From the NCBI GenBank assembly GCA_046758745.1, contig JBHIAV010000003.1, positions 1 through 64,000 on the forward strand: a stretch of 64,000 nt of DNA, written 5' to 3'. The DNA is from Gemmatimonadota bacterium. GTDB lineage: Bacteria; Gemmatimonadota; Gemmatimonadetes; Palauibacterales; Palauibacteraceae. The notes under the pieces were generated by a model that worked only from the letters and a program-made list of their open reading frames with translations, was not told the DNA's origin and ran no database searches. A program made the translations under genes and the position numbers. Positions 1 through 9,980 of the stretch are shown piece by piece; the stretch's first letter is position 1; every line of letters starts with the position of its first letter.

Positions 1-262
1 GCGGCCCGTCCGGTAAAGAGCCCCGCGGCGTCCGGCGGCATCCGGCAGCAGGTACGTAGAGGACCCGGCGGCGCCCGGCGGCGTTCTGCTCCGACGTGGG
101 CGACTGGCGCCCCACGCCGCCCACCACCACAATACGCGCTCGCATCGACGCCGGGGGCGCCGTCCGGCATCGAGCACGGCTTCACACGGGCAGCGCCGGC
201 GGCTTCGGGTCTCTCCGGGGCCACGGTCGCTTCCGAGGCCCACCCGCCAGAGCGACGACGTC

Positions 263-847
263 ATGGGCAGCGAATTCACGCGGCGATCCTTTCTCCGTAC
301 CTCGGGCACCGCGTTCGGCTCGGCGTGGATCGCGGCCAACTGGCCCGGGATCCTGTCCGCCCGAGATCACGCCCGCCGCGTGGTCGAGTCGGCCGTGCGG
401 CCGGATTTCGAGCTCCTCACCGCGGCACAGGCCGCCGAAGTCGAGGCGATCGCCGCGCGGATCATCCCGAGCGGCGAGGACGGCCTCGGGGCGCGCGAAG
501 CGGGCGTCGTGCACTTCATCGACCGGGCGCTCACCACCTTCGCCTCCGACCGGGCCGATGACTTCAGGGAAGGCCTCGCCGACTTCGGCCAGAAGGTCCG
601 GGAGGGCCACGCCGGCGCCCCTTCCTTCGCCAGCCTCGATGAGGAGACACAGATCGAGTTCCTGAGGTCGGTGGAGGATTCTCCCTTCTTCGGGAGCGTG
701 TGGTTCCTCACGCTGCTCGGCATGTTCTCCCACCCCAGCCACGGCGGGAACCACGATAAGATCGGCTGGAAGCTGATCGGTTTCGATGACCGTCACATCT
801 ATCTCCCGCCGTTCGGCCACTACGACCGCGGCGCCCACCGCCGGTAG
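263..847 (+). CDS. Gluconate 2-dehydrogenase subunit 3 family protein (Tat-exported)
   Basis: Tat motif TRRSFLR; IIP...GAREAGVVHFID and GMFSHPSHGGN..GWKLIGF motifs; directly upstream of a GMC oxidoreductase. Confidence 0.88.
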   Translation: MGSEFTRRSFLRTSGTAFGSAWIAANWPGILSARDHARRVVESAVRPDFELLTAAQAAEVEAIAARIIPSGEDGLGAREAGVVHFIDRALTTFASDRADDFREGLADFGQKVREGHAGAPSFASLDEETQIEFLRSVEDSPFFGSVWFLTLLGMFSHPSHGGNHDKIGWKLIGFDDRHIYLPPFGHYDRGAHRR

Positions 848-874
848 ACGTGCGCCAACCTGGAGCGATCTGAC

Positions 875-2536
875 ATGAGGCGACGGGGAGCCAGATATCG
901 CGGTTCGGACGAGGTCGATTTCATCATCGTCGGCTCCGGTGCGGCGGGGGGCGTGATGGCGCGAGAGCTGTCGCGGGCGGGCTTCGGGATCGTGGTGCTC
1001 GAGCAGGGGCCGCGTCTCTCCGAGCGCGACTTCGTGCACGACGAGCTCGCCTTCTGGTTCGACTACAGGATCAGCAACCATCCGAAGCGGCACCCGCAGA
1101 CCTTCCGCCACTCGGCCGACGAGAAGGCCGAGAGGCGGTTCGACATTCCTCCCCTTCTGTACGGGCGGCTCGTCGGCGGGAGCAGCGTCCATTTCACGGC
1201 CAACTACTGGCGCTTCCATCCGATCGACTTCATCGAGAGGAGCGTCCTGGGGGAGATCCCGGGAACCGGCTTCGCGGACTGGCCCCTCACCTACGAGAAG
1301 CTCGAGCCCTACTACACGAAGGTGGACTGGGAGGTGGGGGTGTCGGGCGAAGCGGGGGTGAATCCGCTCGAGCCGCCGCGCTCGAGGCCGTACCCGATGC
1401 CGCCCCTGCCGGTGAAGTCCTCCGGCGTCCTGTTCGAGAAGGGGTGCGAGGCGCTCGGCTTCCATTCGTATCCCGCCCCCATGGCGATCACCTCGCAGCC
1501 GTATCGCGGCCGGTCGGGCTGCGTGCACTGCGGCTTCTGCATGGGCTTCGGATGCGAGGTGCGGGCGAAGTCCTCCTCGCTCGTCACCATGATCCCGGAG
1601 GCCGAGGAGACGGGCCGGTGCGAGGTGCGTCCCCAGAGCACCGTGTTCCGGATCGAGACGAATCCGGCGGGTCGCGTGACGGGCGTTACGTACTTCGACC
1701 GGGAGGGCAACGAGCGGTTCCAGAGGGCGAAGGCGGTCGTGCTGTGCGCGAACGGGGCCGAGACACCGCGCCTCCTCCTCCTCTCCGATTCGAGCCGCTT
1801 CGCGGATGGGCTCGCCAACTCGAGCGGCCTCGTCGGAAGGTACCTGATGCCGAACGGACAGGCCCTGGTGGGCGCGACGTTCGAGCACGAGCTCAACGAG
1901 TACAAGAGCGTCCAGGTGACGCGCGTCATGCAGGACTTCTACGACGCCGACTCGAAGCGCGGCTTCTACGGGGGCGGCGGGATCGACGCGCGCCTCTTCT
2001 ACCACCCCATCCTCCACGCGATCGGCGGCAACGGACCGGACGCGCCGTGGTGGGGCGCCGAATACAAGGAGCTCCTCCGCGAGTACCCGCGCAGGATGTA
2101 CGCGCAGGTCCACACCACCTCACTGCCCCTCGAGACGAACAACGTCACGCTCGACCCCGAGGTGAAGGACGAGTTTGGGATCCCCGCCATCCGGGTGACG
2201 CTGCGCGACCACCCGGACGACGTGGCGATGGTCAGCTTCCTCCAGGACCGGGCCGTGGAGATCCTCGAGGCGGCGGGCGCGCGGAAGGTATGGAAGTATC
2301 CGTTCGAGGCTACGACGGTCGCGGCGCATCTTCTCGGAACCTGCCGCATGGGCGACGACCCGGGGGGCTCGGTGGTGGACCGGTACCACCGCGTCCACGA
2401 CATCCCGAACCTCTTCGTCTGCGACGGGAGCAGCTTCGTGACATCGGGGCGGGGCCAGCCGACGATGACGATCCAGGCGCTCGCCTTCCGCGCCGCGGAG
2501 CACATCGCGGAGTTCGCGCGGAGGGGGGAGATCTGA
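875..2536 (+). CDS. GMC family FAD oxidoreductase
   Basis: IVGSGAAGG FAD motif, GRLVGGSSVH, CxxCxxCxxxC cluster, HLLGTCRMG, GQPTMTIQALA. Confidence 0.93.
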   Translation: MRRRGARYRGSDEVDFIIVGSGAAGGVMARELSRAGFGIVVLEQGPRLSERDFVHDELAFWFDYRISNHPKRHPQTFRHSADEKAERRFDIPPLLYGRLVGGSSVHFTANYWRFHPIDFIERSVLGEIPGTGFADWPLTYEKLEPYYTKVDWEVGVSGEAGVNPLEPPRSRPYPMPPLPVKSSGVLFEKGCEALGFHSYPAPMAITSQPYRGRSGCVHCGFCMGFGCEVRAKSSSLVTMIPEAEETGRCEVRPQSTVFRIETNPAGRVTGVTYFDREGNERFQRAKAVVLCANGAETPRLLLLSDSSRFADGLANSSGLVGRYLMPNGQALVGATFEHELNEYKSVQVTRVMQDFYDADSKRGFYGGGGIDARLFYHPILHAIGGNGPDAPWWGAEYKELLREYPRRMYAQVHTTSLPLETNNVTLDPEVKDEFGIPAIRVTLRDHPDDVAMVSFLQDRAVEILEAAGARKVWKYPFEATTVAAHLLGTCRMGDDPGGSVVDRYHRVHDIPNLFVCDGSSFVTSGRGQPTMTIQALAFRAAEHIAEFARRGEI

Positions 2537-2602
2537 AGCCCAACTGAACGCGAGGCGATCATCCCCGCCGCAGCCCGGATCCACGTCGCGTGAGATGCCG
2601 AG

Positions 2603-4438
2603 CTAGCCCGCCTGCTCTTCCACCCAGTGCTCGATCTTGTCGCGCAGCATGCCGAGGGTGACGGTGCCGTCCTCGAGCACGCGGTCGTGAAAGGCCTTGA
2701 TGTCGAAGCGCTCGCCCAGACGCTCCTCGGCCAACGCCCGGAGTCGCCGGATCTCGCTGCTCCCCGTCAGGTAGGCGGTCGCCTGGCCGGGCACCGCGAT
2801 GTAGCGGTCGATCTCGGAGGTGGCGCTGTTCACCGACTCGGCCGTGTTCTCCAGCAGGTAGTCGATCGCCTGCTGGCGCGTCCAACCGAACACGTGCATT
2901 CCGGGATCCACCACCAGGCGGGCGGCGCGAAGGGCCTCGTTCGACAACATCCCGAGCCGATCGAGGTCCGACGAGTAGAGCCCCATCTCGTCCGCCAGCC
3001 GCTCGGTGTACAGCGCCCACCCCTCGCCGACGCCGGAGTTGAAGAAGTAGCGGAGTACCGGATGCACCCCGGCCCGCTCGAGGACCACGGAAACCTGCAG
3101 GTGATGTCCCGGATAGGCCTCGTGGAACGCCGTCGCCTCCATCCCGGCCCGGCTGATCTTCTCCGGCTCATAGGTGCCGAGCTGGTACGTGCCGGGCTGC
3201 CCTTCGACCCCCGCGCTGTAGAACCCGCCGCCCGAGCGCTTCTGGAAGGCCGGGTAAGGCTTCACCACCACGTCGGCCTGCGGCACGAAGCCGAACCAGT
3301 CGGGCACGGCCTTCTTCCCGCGCTCCACGGCGGCCCTCGCGTACGCGAGTACCTCGTCCGCGGTGCGGAAGGTGTAGCGGGGATCGGTTCGGACCTTGGC
3401 GAGAAGCTCCCGCGTGTCCCCGGTGCCGAAGCTCCGCGCTCCGATCGCGCGCATCTCCGCCTGGATGCGCTCCATCTGCCGAAGCCCGTTCCGGTGGATC
3501 TCCTCCGGCGTGAGGGGGAGGGAGACCCAGTAGCGCACCGAGGCGAGGTAGCAATCGTGCCCGTCCGGGTTGGCGGTGACGCCGATCGCTTCCCGCGCGG
3601 CGCTCCGGTACTCGTCGGCCAGGAAGTCCCGGTAGCGACGGATCGCCGGCTCGATCTCCTCCGCGATGACGCGGCGCAGCTCCACCTCGAAGCCCGGAGC
3701 GGAGTCCCGCCGCGCCGGATCGAAGAAGGGCGATTCGCCGGGAGCGAGCTCGAGCAGGTCCTCCACCTGCCGCAGGACCGCCTCGACGTTGGACCCAGGG
3801 GCCGTGTACCCGAGCCGCACCCCCTCGCGAAGGTTGGCGATCTCCACATCCAGGTAGCGGGGGACATCCCGCGCGCGGGCGAGGGCCGCGGCGCGTAGCT
3901 CCTCCGTTCCCACCGGCTGGTGCTGGAAGACCGACGGAAGGAGGAACTGCCACCCCGTCCACGTGGGGCTCGCGTTCCACAGATCCGTGCGGCACACGCG
4001 ACGTTCCACGGACGCCTCGAGCCGCTCGCGCGCGTAGGCGTACGGCACGGCGGCGGGCGTCCCTTCGAGGTCGGCCGGATCGATCGCCCGCAGCCGGGCC
4101 AGCCACGCGTCCTCCCGCGCCTGCCATCCCTGTATGGCTTCGAGGCTCTTGTCGCCCAGCCTGTCGAGGGGCGCGTCCGGATACCCGGCTTCGGGGGCCT
4201 CCTCCGGGTACTGGTCGTAGAAGCCGACGACGTACTCCTCCGCCACGGCGAGCGCCTCCTGCACCGCCTCCGCCCCCGCCTCCGGCGGCGCGCTTTCGCC
4301 CGTGCCCGAACACCCTCCGAGGATCCCCGCGGCGACGAGGAGAGGAGACGCGGCCGGGACGGCGAAACGAGGAACGGTGATGCGGCGCGAAACGAGACGA
4401 GGAACGGCAGCGGGAAGCTCCCAAAGATACGAAGGCAT
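2603..4438 (-). CDS. DUF885 family lipoprotein (zincin-like)
   Basis: HEAYPGHHLQ, EGWALYTE, RAARLVVDPGMH, PGQATAY, FDIKAFHD; lipobox LGGC; AAGGAG SD before ATG. Confidence 0.9.
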   Translation of the reverse strand: MPSYLWELPAAVPRLVSRRITVPRFAVPAASPLLVAAGILGGCSGTGESAPPEAGAEAVQEALAVAEEYVVGFYDQYPEEAPEAGYPDAPLDRLGDKSLEAIQGWQAREDAWLARLRAIDPADLEGTPAAVPYAYARERLEASVERRVCRTDLWNASPTWTGWQFLLPSVFQHQPVGTEELRAAALARARDVPRYLDVEIANLREGVRLGYTAPGSNVEAVLRQVEDLLELAPGESPFFDPARRDSAPGFEVELRRVIAEEIEPAIRRYRDFLADEYRSAAREAIGVTANPDGHDCYLASVRYWVSLPLTPEEIHRNGLRQMERIQAEMRAIGARSFGTGDTRELLAKVRTDPRYTFRTADEVLAYARAAVERGKKAVPDWFGFVPQADVVVKPYPAFQKRSGGGFYSAGVEGQPGTYQLGTYEPEKISRAGMEATAFHEAYPGHHLQVSVVLERAGVHPVLRYFFNSGVGEGWALYTERLADEMGLYSSDLDRLGMLSNEALRAARLVVDPGMHVFGWTRQQAIDYLLENTAESVNSATSEIDRYIAVPGQATAYLTGSSEIRRLRALAEERLGERFDIKAFHDRVLEDGTVTLGMLRDKIEHWVEEQAG

Positions 4439-4473
4439 CTACAGCTCCTTGTGGTTCTGAAAGGGACCTGGCG

Positions 4474-5880
4474 TCACCGTCGATTCCGCGCCGGACGGAG
4501 CCGATCCGATCTCGATGAATCTTCCGTCTGCGCCCCGATCGCCGACAGTATGAAGCGCGCGACCATCTCATTCCCGGCTGGCGTGGCGTGTCCCCACGTG
4601 TCGATCCACACGGACCCCCTCACGCCGTCGAAGACGCGGCCCGCGTAGTGGAGACGCTCGCGCCGTGACGCCTCGAGTTCGATCCGCTCGTACGTCGACG
4701 CGAAGAGATCGCGCAGGGGCGAACCCAGCGGAACCAGCCAGTCGAGATCCGTGATCAAGCTCCGCTCGTCGGCCGTCAGGGGCTTGGCTCCGGCCAGGAT
4801 ATGCGGCTGCCAGAAGAAGTGGTGCTCGAAGCCGTACGTCTCGGCCAGCGAGCCCACCATGCGGAGAGCCTCCAGGTAGCTCGCCGCCACTTGCCCGCCG
4901 AGCTCGTCCGCGTCCACGTCCGCCGCACCGCGGCGGGCGCCCATGCCGAGCCAACCCGCGAGCCGCCGCATCAGCCGCACCAGGTTGAGCTCCAGGAGCC
5001 ACGAGGCGAGCGCCGGCCGTGAGCCCTCGAAGCGGGCGGCGATGTCGGGGAGGTTCTGATGCACGAGCGGCTCGCCCGACTGGTGCGCGGCCAACACCTC
5101 GTTCACGCCGTGGTAGAAGACGACCAGGTCGGGGATGCTCCCGGCCTCCAGCTCGAGCTCGAGCTGGATGAGGCTCTGCGTCACCACGTAGGCGTTCTCG
5201 GCGAAGTTCACCACGCACACCGGCGCCTCGCGCCGGCCCTCCAGCCCCGCCTGCAGGTAGGCCGGGATCGTCCCCCAGTCGGGTGCGCCCCACCCCCACA
5301 TCGCCGAGCCGCCGAACACGAAGACCCGGTAGGCGCCCGGGACGCACCGGGCCCCGGGCGTCACCCGGGCGCCGTCCGACCGGATGTTGATCGCCTCGCC
5401 GTGGAACGGAGGGCTCCGCCAGAGCAGGTAGGGCTCGTACCTCTGGCGAACGGCCCGCTCGTGCTCCTCCCAGTATCGCTCGCTCCACTCCTGCTCGGCG
5501 TAGTACGGCAGGGACCGGTAGTGCGCGATCAGATCGTGGGCCGGGCGGATGATCCGCGCCAGCCGGGCCTGGATGGCCGGGGTGGTGGCGAGCGCGACGA
5601 CGGCGGTGGCGCCGATCTCGAGCAGGGCGAACAGGATCACCGTGTTGAGGAGGAGGAGCGCCGCCGGTCCGTGCCACCGCGCGAGGCGTCGCCCGGCCAG
5701 GCCGGCCAGGAGGAGGGCGAGGCCCGCCGCGAAGAGCGAGGCCTTGCTCGTGGACGCGAGGAGGGCCGCGAGGAGGAGCGCCCCGCCTGCCCCCATCGCC
5801 GCGCCACGCGCGAGCGCGGGGAGCCGCAGGCCGCTACCGGAGGCGGGGGGGCGCATCGCTCCCGGCACCCCTGTCGGCAC
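4474..5880 (-). CDS. Membrane-anchored SGNH/GDSL hydrolase-like protein
   Basis: N-terminal TM helices; FVFGGSAMWG block I, PDLVVFYHGVNE block III, DTWGHATPAGN block V; start uncertain. Confidence 0.75.
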   Translation of the reverse strand: MPTGVPGAMRPPASGSGLRLPALARGAAMGAGGALLLAALLASTSKASLFAAGLALLLAGLAGRRLARWHGPAALLLLNTVILFALLEIGATAVVALATTPAIQARLARIIRPAHDLIAHYRSLPYYAEQEWSERYWEEHERAVRQRYEPYLLWRSPPFHGEAINIRSDGARVTPGARCVPGAYRVFVFGGSAMWGWGAPDWGTIPAYLQAGLEGRREAPVCVVNFAENAYVVTQSLIQLELELEAGSIPDLVVFYHGVNEVLAAHQSGEPLVHQNLPDIAARFEGSRPALASWLLELNLVRLMRRLAGWLGMGARRGAADVDADELGGQVAASYLEALRMVGSLAETYGFEHHFFWQPHILAGAKPLTADERSLITDLDWLVPLGSPLRDLFASTYERIELEASRRERLHYAGRVFDGVRGSVWIDTWGHATPAGNEMVARFILSAIGAQTEDSSRSDRLRPARNRR

Positions 5881-6022
5881 CGCTCCTGCCGCCTGGTTGG
5901 CTCATCTCCCGTTCATCGAGACACACCGGGGTAGGCGGTCATCCCGCCGGCGGTTCCCGAGCCGACGCTGACCACCTCGTCGCGCTTACGCCGGGGGTGA
6001 ATCGACGTCGAGAACGCGGTCT

Positions 6023-7702
6023 CTACCGGCCGGCACTCGCCCTCATCGAGTCGCGCTTCGCCCGAAACTCGTTCCCTTCGCTCCAGTTCGGGAAGACCGT
6101 CTCGTTGGCGAGCCGGTATCCGACTCGGAGGAGCAGCCTGAGATCCTGCACCGCGCCCGACAGATCCCAGCTCGGATCGTACTCGTCCGCCGGCTTGTGG
6201 TAGCGCTCCGCCGTGTACTCGTCCCGTCGGGCGCGTCCCCACTCCTCCCCGTGCTCGACGTTGTCGATCCCGGGATCGGCGTACAGGGCCGGCACGCCCC
6301 GCTTCGCGAAGGAGAAGTGATCGGAGCGGTAGAAGAAGCCCTTCTCCGGCTCCGGGTCGGGACGAACGACGCGCCCCTGGGCGGCCGCGGCCTCGGCGAG
6401 GTAGCCGTCGAGCTCCGAGTTCCCGAGGCCGACCACCGTGATGTCACGCGTCGGGCCCCAGATGTTCACCCCGTCGATGTTGATCGCGGCCACCGTGGGG
6501 GCGAGCGGAAGGACCGGGTTCTCCCCGTAGTACTCGGAGCCGAGCAGGCCCTGCTCCTCCGCTCCGACGGCCAGGAAGAGGAGCGACCGCTCGGGCCGCG
6601 GCTCCAGCGAGGCGAACGCCTCGGCCAGCTCGAGGAGGGCCGCGATGCCGGAAGCGTTGTCGAGCGCTCCGTTGTAGATCTGGTCGCCCGATAGGCTGGG
6701 GTCGCGTCCCAGGTGGTCCCAGTGCGCCATGTACACCACGTACTCGTCGGCGCGCTCCGAACCGGGAAGCAGGGCGAGCACATTGTGTGTGGTGGAGCGC
6801 TCCACCTCGTTCCGGATGGAGATCGAGGCGGTGAGCCGGAGCGGGACCGCACGGAAGCCCGGCTGCGCGGCGGCGGCTGCCTCGGCCTCGAGATCGAGGC
6901 CGGCCTGGGCGAAGACCCGGCGCGCCGACTCGAGGGTCAGCCACCCCTCCACCTTCACCCGCGACAGGTTGTCATCCGCGGCGACGAGGCCGAACTGCGG
7001 TCCCGACCAGCTCCCGCTCACCACCTCCCACGGGTAGCCGGCGGCGGCCGTCCGATGGATGACGAACGCACCCGCCGCGCCCTGGCGCGCCGCTTCCTCG
7101 AACTTGTAGGTCCATCGGCCGTAGTACGTCATCGCCCGGCCGCCGAACAGCTCGGGATCCTCCGTGGCGAACCCCGGATCGTTCACCAGCATCACCACCG
7201 TCTTGCCGTGGACGTCGAGCCCCTCGTAGTCGTTCCACCCGTACTCCGGCGCGACGACGCCGTAGCCGACGAAGACGAGCTCGGAGCCGTCGAGCGCCAC
7301 GCCCTCGACCACCCGCTTCGTCCATGCCATGAAGTCGGTCCCATAGGCGAAGCTGTTCGCCCTGCCGTTCCCCTCGATTTCGAGCCGCATCGCCGGATCA
7401 GCCGTGATCGAGACGAGCGGCACCTCCTGGAACCACGAGTCCCCGTTCCCCGGCTGGAGCCCCAGCCTCTCGAACCGCTGGCGCAGGTAGCGGATCGTCC
7501 GCTCCTCGCCGGCCGAGGAGGGACCTCGCCCTTCCATCGAGTCGGCCGCCAGATCCCGGACGTAGGTCGCCAGTTCGTCGGCCGTGATCGTCGCCAGGGC
7601 GGCCTCGAGGTCAGCCCGGCCCTCCCCGGTCGGCTCCGGCGCGCAGGCTACGAGTGCTGAGAGGGCCAGCGCCGAGAGGCCGCCAGCCCATCGAGAGCTC
7701 AT
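6023..7702 (-). CDS. M28 family metallopeptidase with PA domain (lipoprotein)
   Basis: AHWDHLG, NGALDNASG, AEEQGLLGS, RSDHFSF, YHKPAD; lipobox LVAC. Confidence 0.92.
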   Translation of the reverse strand: MSSRWAGGLSALALSALVACAPEPTGEGRADLEAALATITADELATYVRDLAADSMEGRGPSSAGEERTIRYLRQRFERLGLQPGNGDSWFQEVPLVSITADPAMRLEIEGNGRANSFAYGTDFMAWTKRVVEGVALDGSELVFVGYGVVAPEYGWNDYEGLDVHGKTVVMLVNDPGFATEDPELFGGRAMTYYGRWTYKFEEAARQGAAGAFVIHRTAAAGYPWEVVSGSWSGPQFGLVAADDNLSRVKVEGWLTLESARRVFAQAGLDLEAEAAAAAQPGFRAVPLRLTASISIRNEVERSTTHNVLALLPGSERADEYVVYMAHWDHLGRDPSLSGDQIYNGALDNASGIAALLELAEAFASLEPRPERSLLFLAVGAEEQGLLGSEYYGENPVLPLAPTVAAINIDGVNIWGPTRDITVVGLGNSELDGYLAEAAAAQGRVVRPDPEPEKGFFYRSDHFSFAKRGVPALYADPGIDNVEHGEEWGRARRDEYTAERYHKPADEYDPSWDLSGAVQDLRLLLRVGYRLANETVFPNWSEGNEFRAKRDSMRASAGR

Positions 7703-7805
7703 CGATCGGACCCCGTGGAGATCGCGGGACTTCACAAGACGCGGGAACGAGGACGCCGCGCCCCGGCACCGGGCCGGGGTGCGCACGGGAGCCAGAGGGA
7801 ATCCG

Positions 7806-8396
7806 CTACATCTTCTTTCGATACGTGAGCTCCATCATCTGGTTCTCCGTGCCGTCTTCCGCCACATCATACATGTAGACGACCTCGGTGTCGCCGGACT
7901 CCACGGAGACGGCTTTCATCGTCTTCCTCTCTCCCGTCACCGGATCCGTGTAGTGGCCCAGCAGGACGAGCCGGCCCTGGTCGTCATAGTCGCCCGACAT
8001 CGTCTGGATCCCCGTGCCCATATTGTCGACCCAGGCGCTCACGTATTTCTTCTCGACGTTGTCGTACCCCGTGAGCCCCATACCCTCGAAGGGTTGCCCG
8101 AAGAACATCCCCTCGTAGTGTTCGACCGCGTAGCGGCCGCCCAGGATCATCTTCCGCTCCGCCTTGCCGGTGCTGAGCATGGGTTCCGCGCCGGGCGTAA
8201 TCCAGAACTTCGTGTCCACCTCGAACTCCCCGACCCAGGCGGCCAGCTTCTGGTGCTCCGCGCCGGGGCTGGCGGCGGCCATGTACGCGGCCATCTCCGC
8301 CTCCGTCGGCATCTCGGCTTCCTGCGCCGCGGCGAGCGCCGGAGGGAGCGCCACGACGATCATGGCGAGGGTCGACGGTATTGCGTATCGCCTCAT
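7806..8396 (-). CDS. DUF1579 family secreted protein
   Basis: Signal peptide; PGAEHQKL, ILGGRY, FEGMGLTGYDN..KKYVSAWVDNMGTG. Confidence 0.85.
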   Translation of the reverse strand: MRRYAIPSTLAMIVVALPPALAAAQEAEMPTEAEMAAYMAAASPGAEHQKLAAWVGEFEVDTKFWITPGAEPMLSTGKAERKMILGGRYAVEHYEGMFFGQPFEGMGLTGYDNVEKKYVSAWVDNMGTGIQTMSGDYDDQGRLVLLGHYTDPVTGERKTMKAVSVESGDTEVVYMYDVAEDGTENQMMELTYRKKM

Positions 8397-8574
8397 GAGT
8401 AGCCTCCTTGGTGCGAGGAGTTGCCTGGGAAGAGCCTCAAAGAAATCGAGGATACCCCGGCGCCGGCAGCCCGACAAGCGTGGGCGCGCACCCGGTGGGG
8501 GCCCGAGAAGCGTGGTCGCACACCCGGCGGCGGGCCCGACCCCGGCAACGATCCCCACGAGCGGTGAGGTCGAC

Positions 8575-9948
8575 ATGCTGAAGCGGTTCGCGTGCGGCGC
8601 CGGTGTCGCCGCAGTGACCGGCGCGCTGCTACTCGCATCCATGATGCCGACCGCGGCTCAGCCTCCCGGCCGCCTGGCCGGGGCACCGACGGAGGCTCCG
8701 CTCTCCGGCCCGCTTCGGGACCCCCTCGCCGACACGGTCCTGCTCCTCCGACCGGCGCGCCTGTTCGACGCGGCGGGCGGCATCGCCCGCCTGGGGTGGG
8801 TCGTCCTCGTTCGCGGGAGCCGCATCGCCGACGTCGGCCCGGCCGCCGACGTCCCCGCGCCGGCGGGCTCGGAGACGATCGACCTGCCCGGAATGACTCT
8901 CCTTCCCGGCCTCATCGACCTGCACTCGCATCTCTTCCTCCACCCGTACGACGAGACGCCGTGGAATGATCAGGTGCTCAAGGAGTCGCGCGAGGAGCGG
9001 ACGATCCGCGCCGTCCTCCATGCGGAGCGGGCGCTGATGTCCGGATTCACCACCCTTCGCGACCTCGGCACCGAGGGGGCGGCCTATGGCGACATCGCGG
9101 TGCGGGACGCGATCGCCCGGGGTCTCATCCCGGGGCCCCGCCTCCTCGTCGCCACCCGCGCCATCGTGGCCACGGCGAGCTACGGGCCGGGGCCGCGCGG
9201 CTTCTCGCCCGACCTCGACCTCCCGCAAAGTGCACAGGAGGCGACGGGCACTGACGAGATCCGCAGGGCCGTGCGCGAGCAGGTCGGGCACGGGGCCGAC
9301 TGGATCAAGGTGTACGCCGACTACCGGCGCGGGCCGAGAGGGGAAGCGGTCCCGACGTTCAGCGAAGAGGAGCTGCGCGAGCTGGTGCACGAGGCGCGCT
9401 CGGCGGGCCGCCGCGTGGCGGCTCATGCCGCCTCGCCGGAAGGGATCCGAAGAGCAGCGCTGGCGGGGGTGCACACGATCGAGCACGGCTCCGAGGGGAC
9501 GGCGGAGGTCTTCCGGCTCATGGCCGAGAGGGACGTCGCCTATCTCCCGACGCTCTCGGCCTACGCCGCGATCGAGGAGTACTTCGGAGAGTACCGGGCG
9601 GGCGGTCCCCTCACGCCCCGTCTCACGCGGGCGCTCGAAGCGTTCCGCCTCGCCCTTCGGAGCGGGGTGACGATCGGCCTCGGGAGCGACGTGGGCGTCT
9701 TCCCGCACGGAGAGAGCCGCCGCGAGCTGGAGTGGATGGTGCGGGGCGGGATGACGCCCGGGGAGGCGCTCCGCGCCGCCACCCTCGTCAACGCACGCAT
9801 CCTGGGGATGGAGGAAGAGCTCGGGGAGATCCGGCCCGGACTGCTCGCCGACCTGGTTGCCGTGCGGGGCGATCCCACCGAGCGCATCGAGGCCGTCGGC
9901 GCGGTGGGCTTCGTCATGAAAGAGGGTGTGGTGTACCGCGGACCCTGA
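8575..9948 (+). CDS. Amidohydrolase family protein (Xaa-Pro dipeptidase-like)
   Basis: PGLIDLHSH, GFTTLRDLG, GADWIK, TIEHG, GSDVG; signal peptide; GAGGT SD. Confidence 0.9.
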   Translation: MLKRFACGAGVAAVTGALLLASMMPTAAQPPGRLAGAPTEAPLSGPLRDPLADTVLLLRPARLFDAAGGIARLGWVVLVRGSRIADVGPAADVPAPAGSETIDLPGMTLLPGLIDLHSHLFLHPYDETPWNDQVLKESREERTIRAVLHAERALMSGFTTLRDLGTEGAAYGDIAVRDAIARGLIPGPRLLVATRAIVATASYGPGPRGFSPDLDLPQSAQEATGTDEIRRAVREQVGHGADWIKVYADYRRGPRGEAVPTFSEEELRELVHEARSAGRRVAAHAASPEGIRRAALAGVHTIEHGSEGTAEVFRLMAERDVAYLPTLSAYAAIEEYFGEYRAGGPLTPRLTRALEAFRLALRSGVTIGLGSDVGVFPHGESRRELEWMVRGGMTPGEALRAATLVNARILGMEEELGEIRPGLLADLVAVRGDPTERIEAVGAVGFVMKEGVVYRGP

Positions 9949-9980
9949 CCGCCACTCGCCGAGCCCGAATCGATCCGGCA

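Noticed and set aside
1-262. Short CGGCGGC-type repeats at the window start
   Set aside because: Low-complexity GC sequence with no clear unit structure or supported ORF
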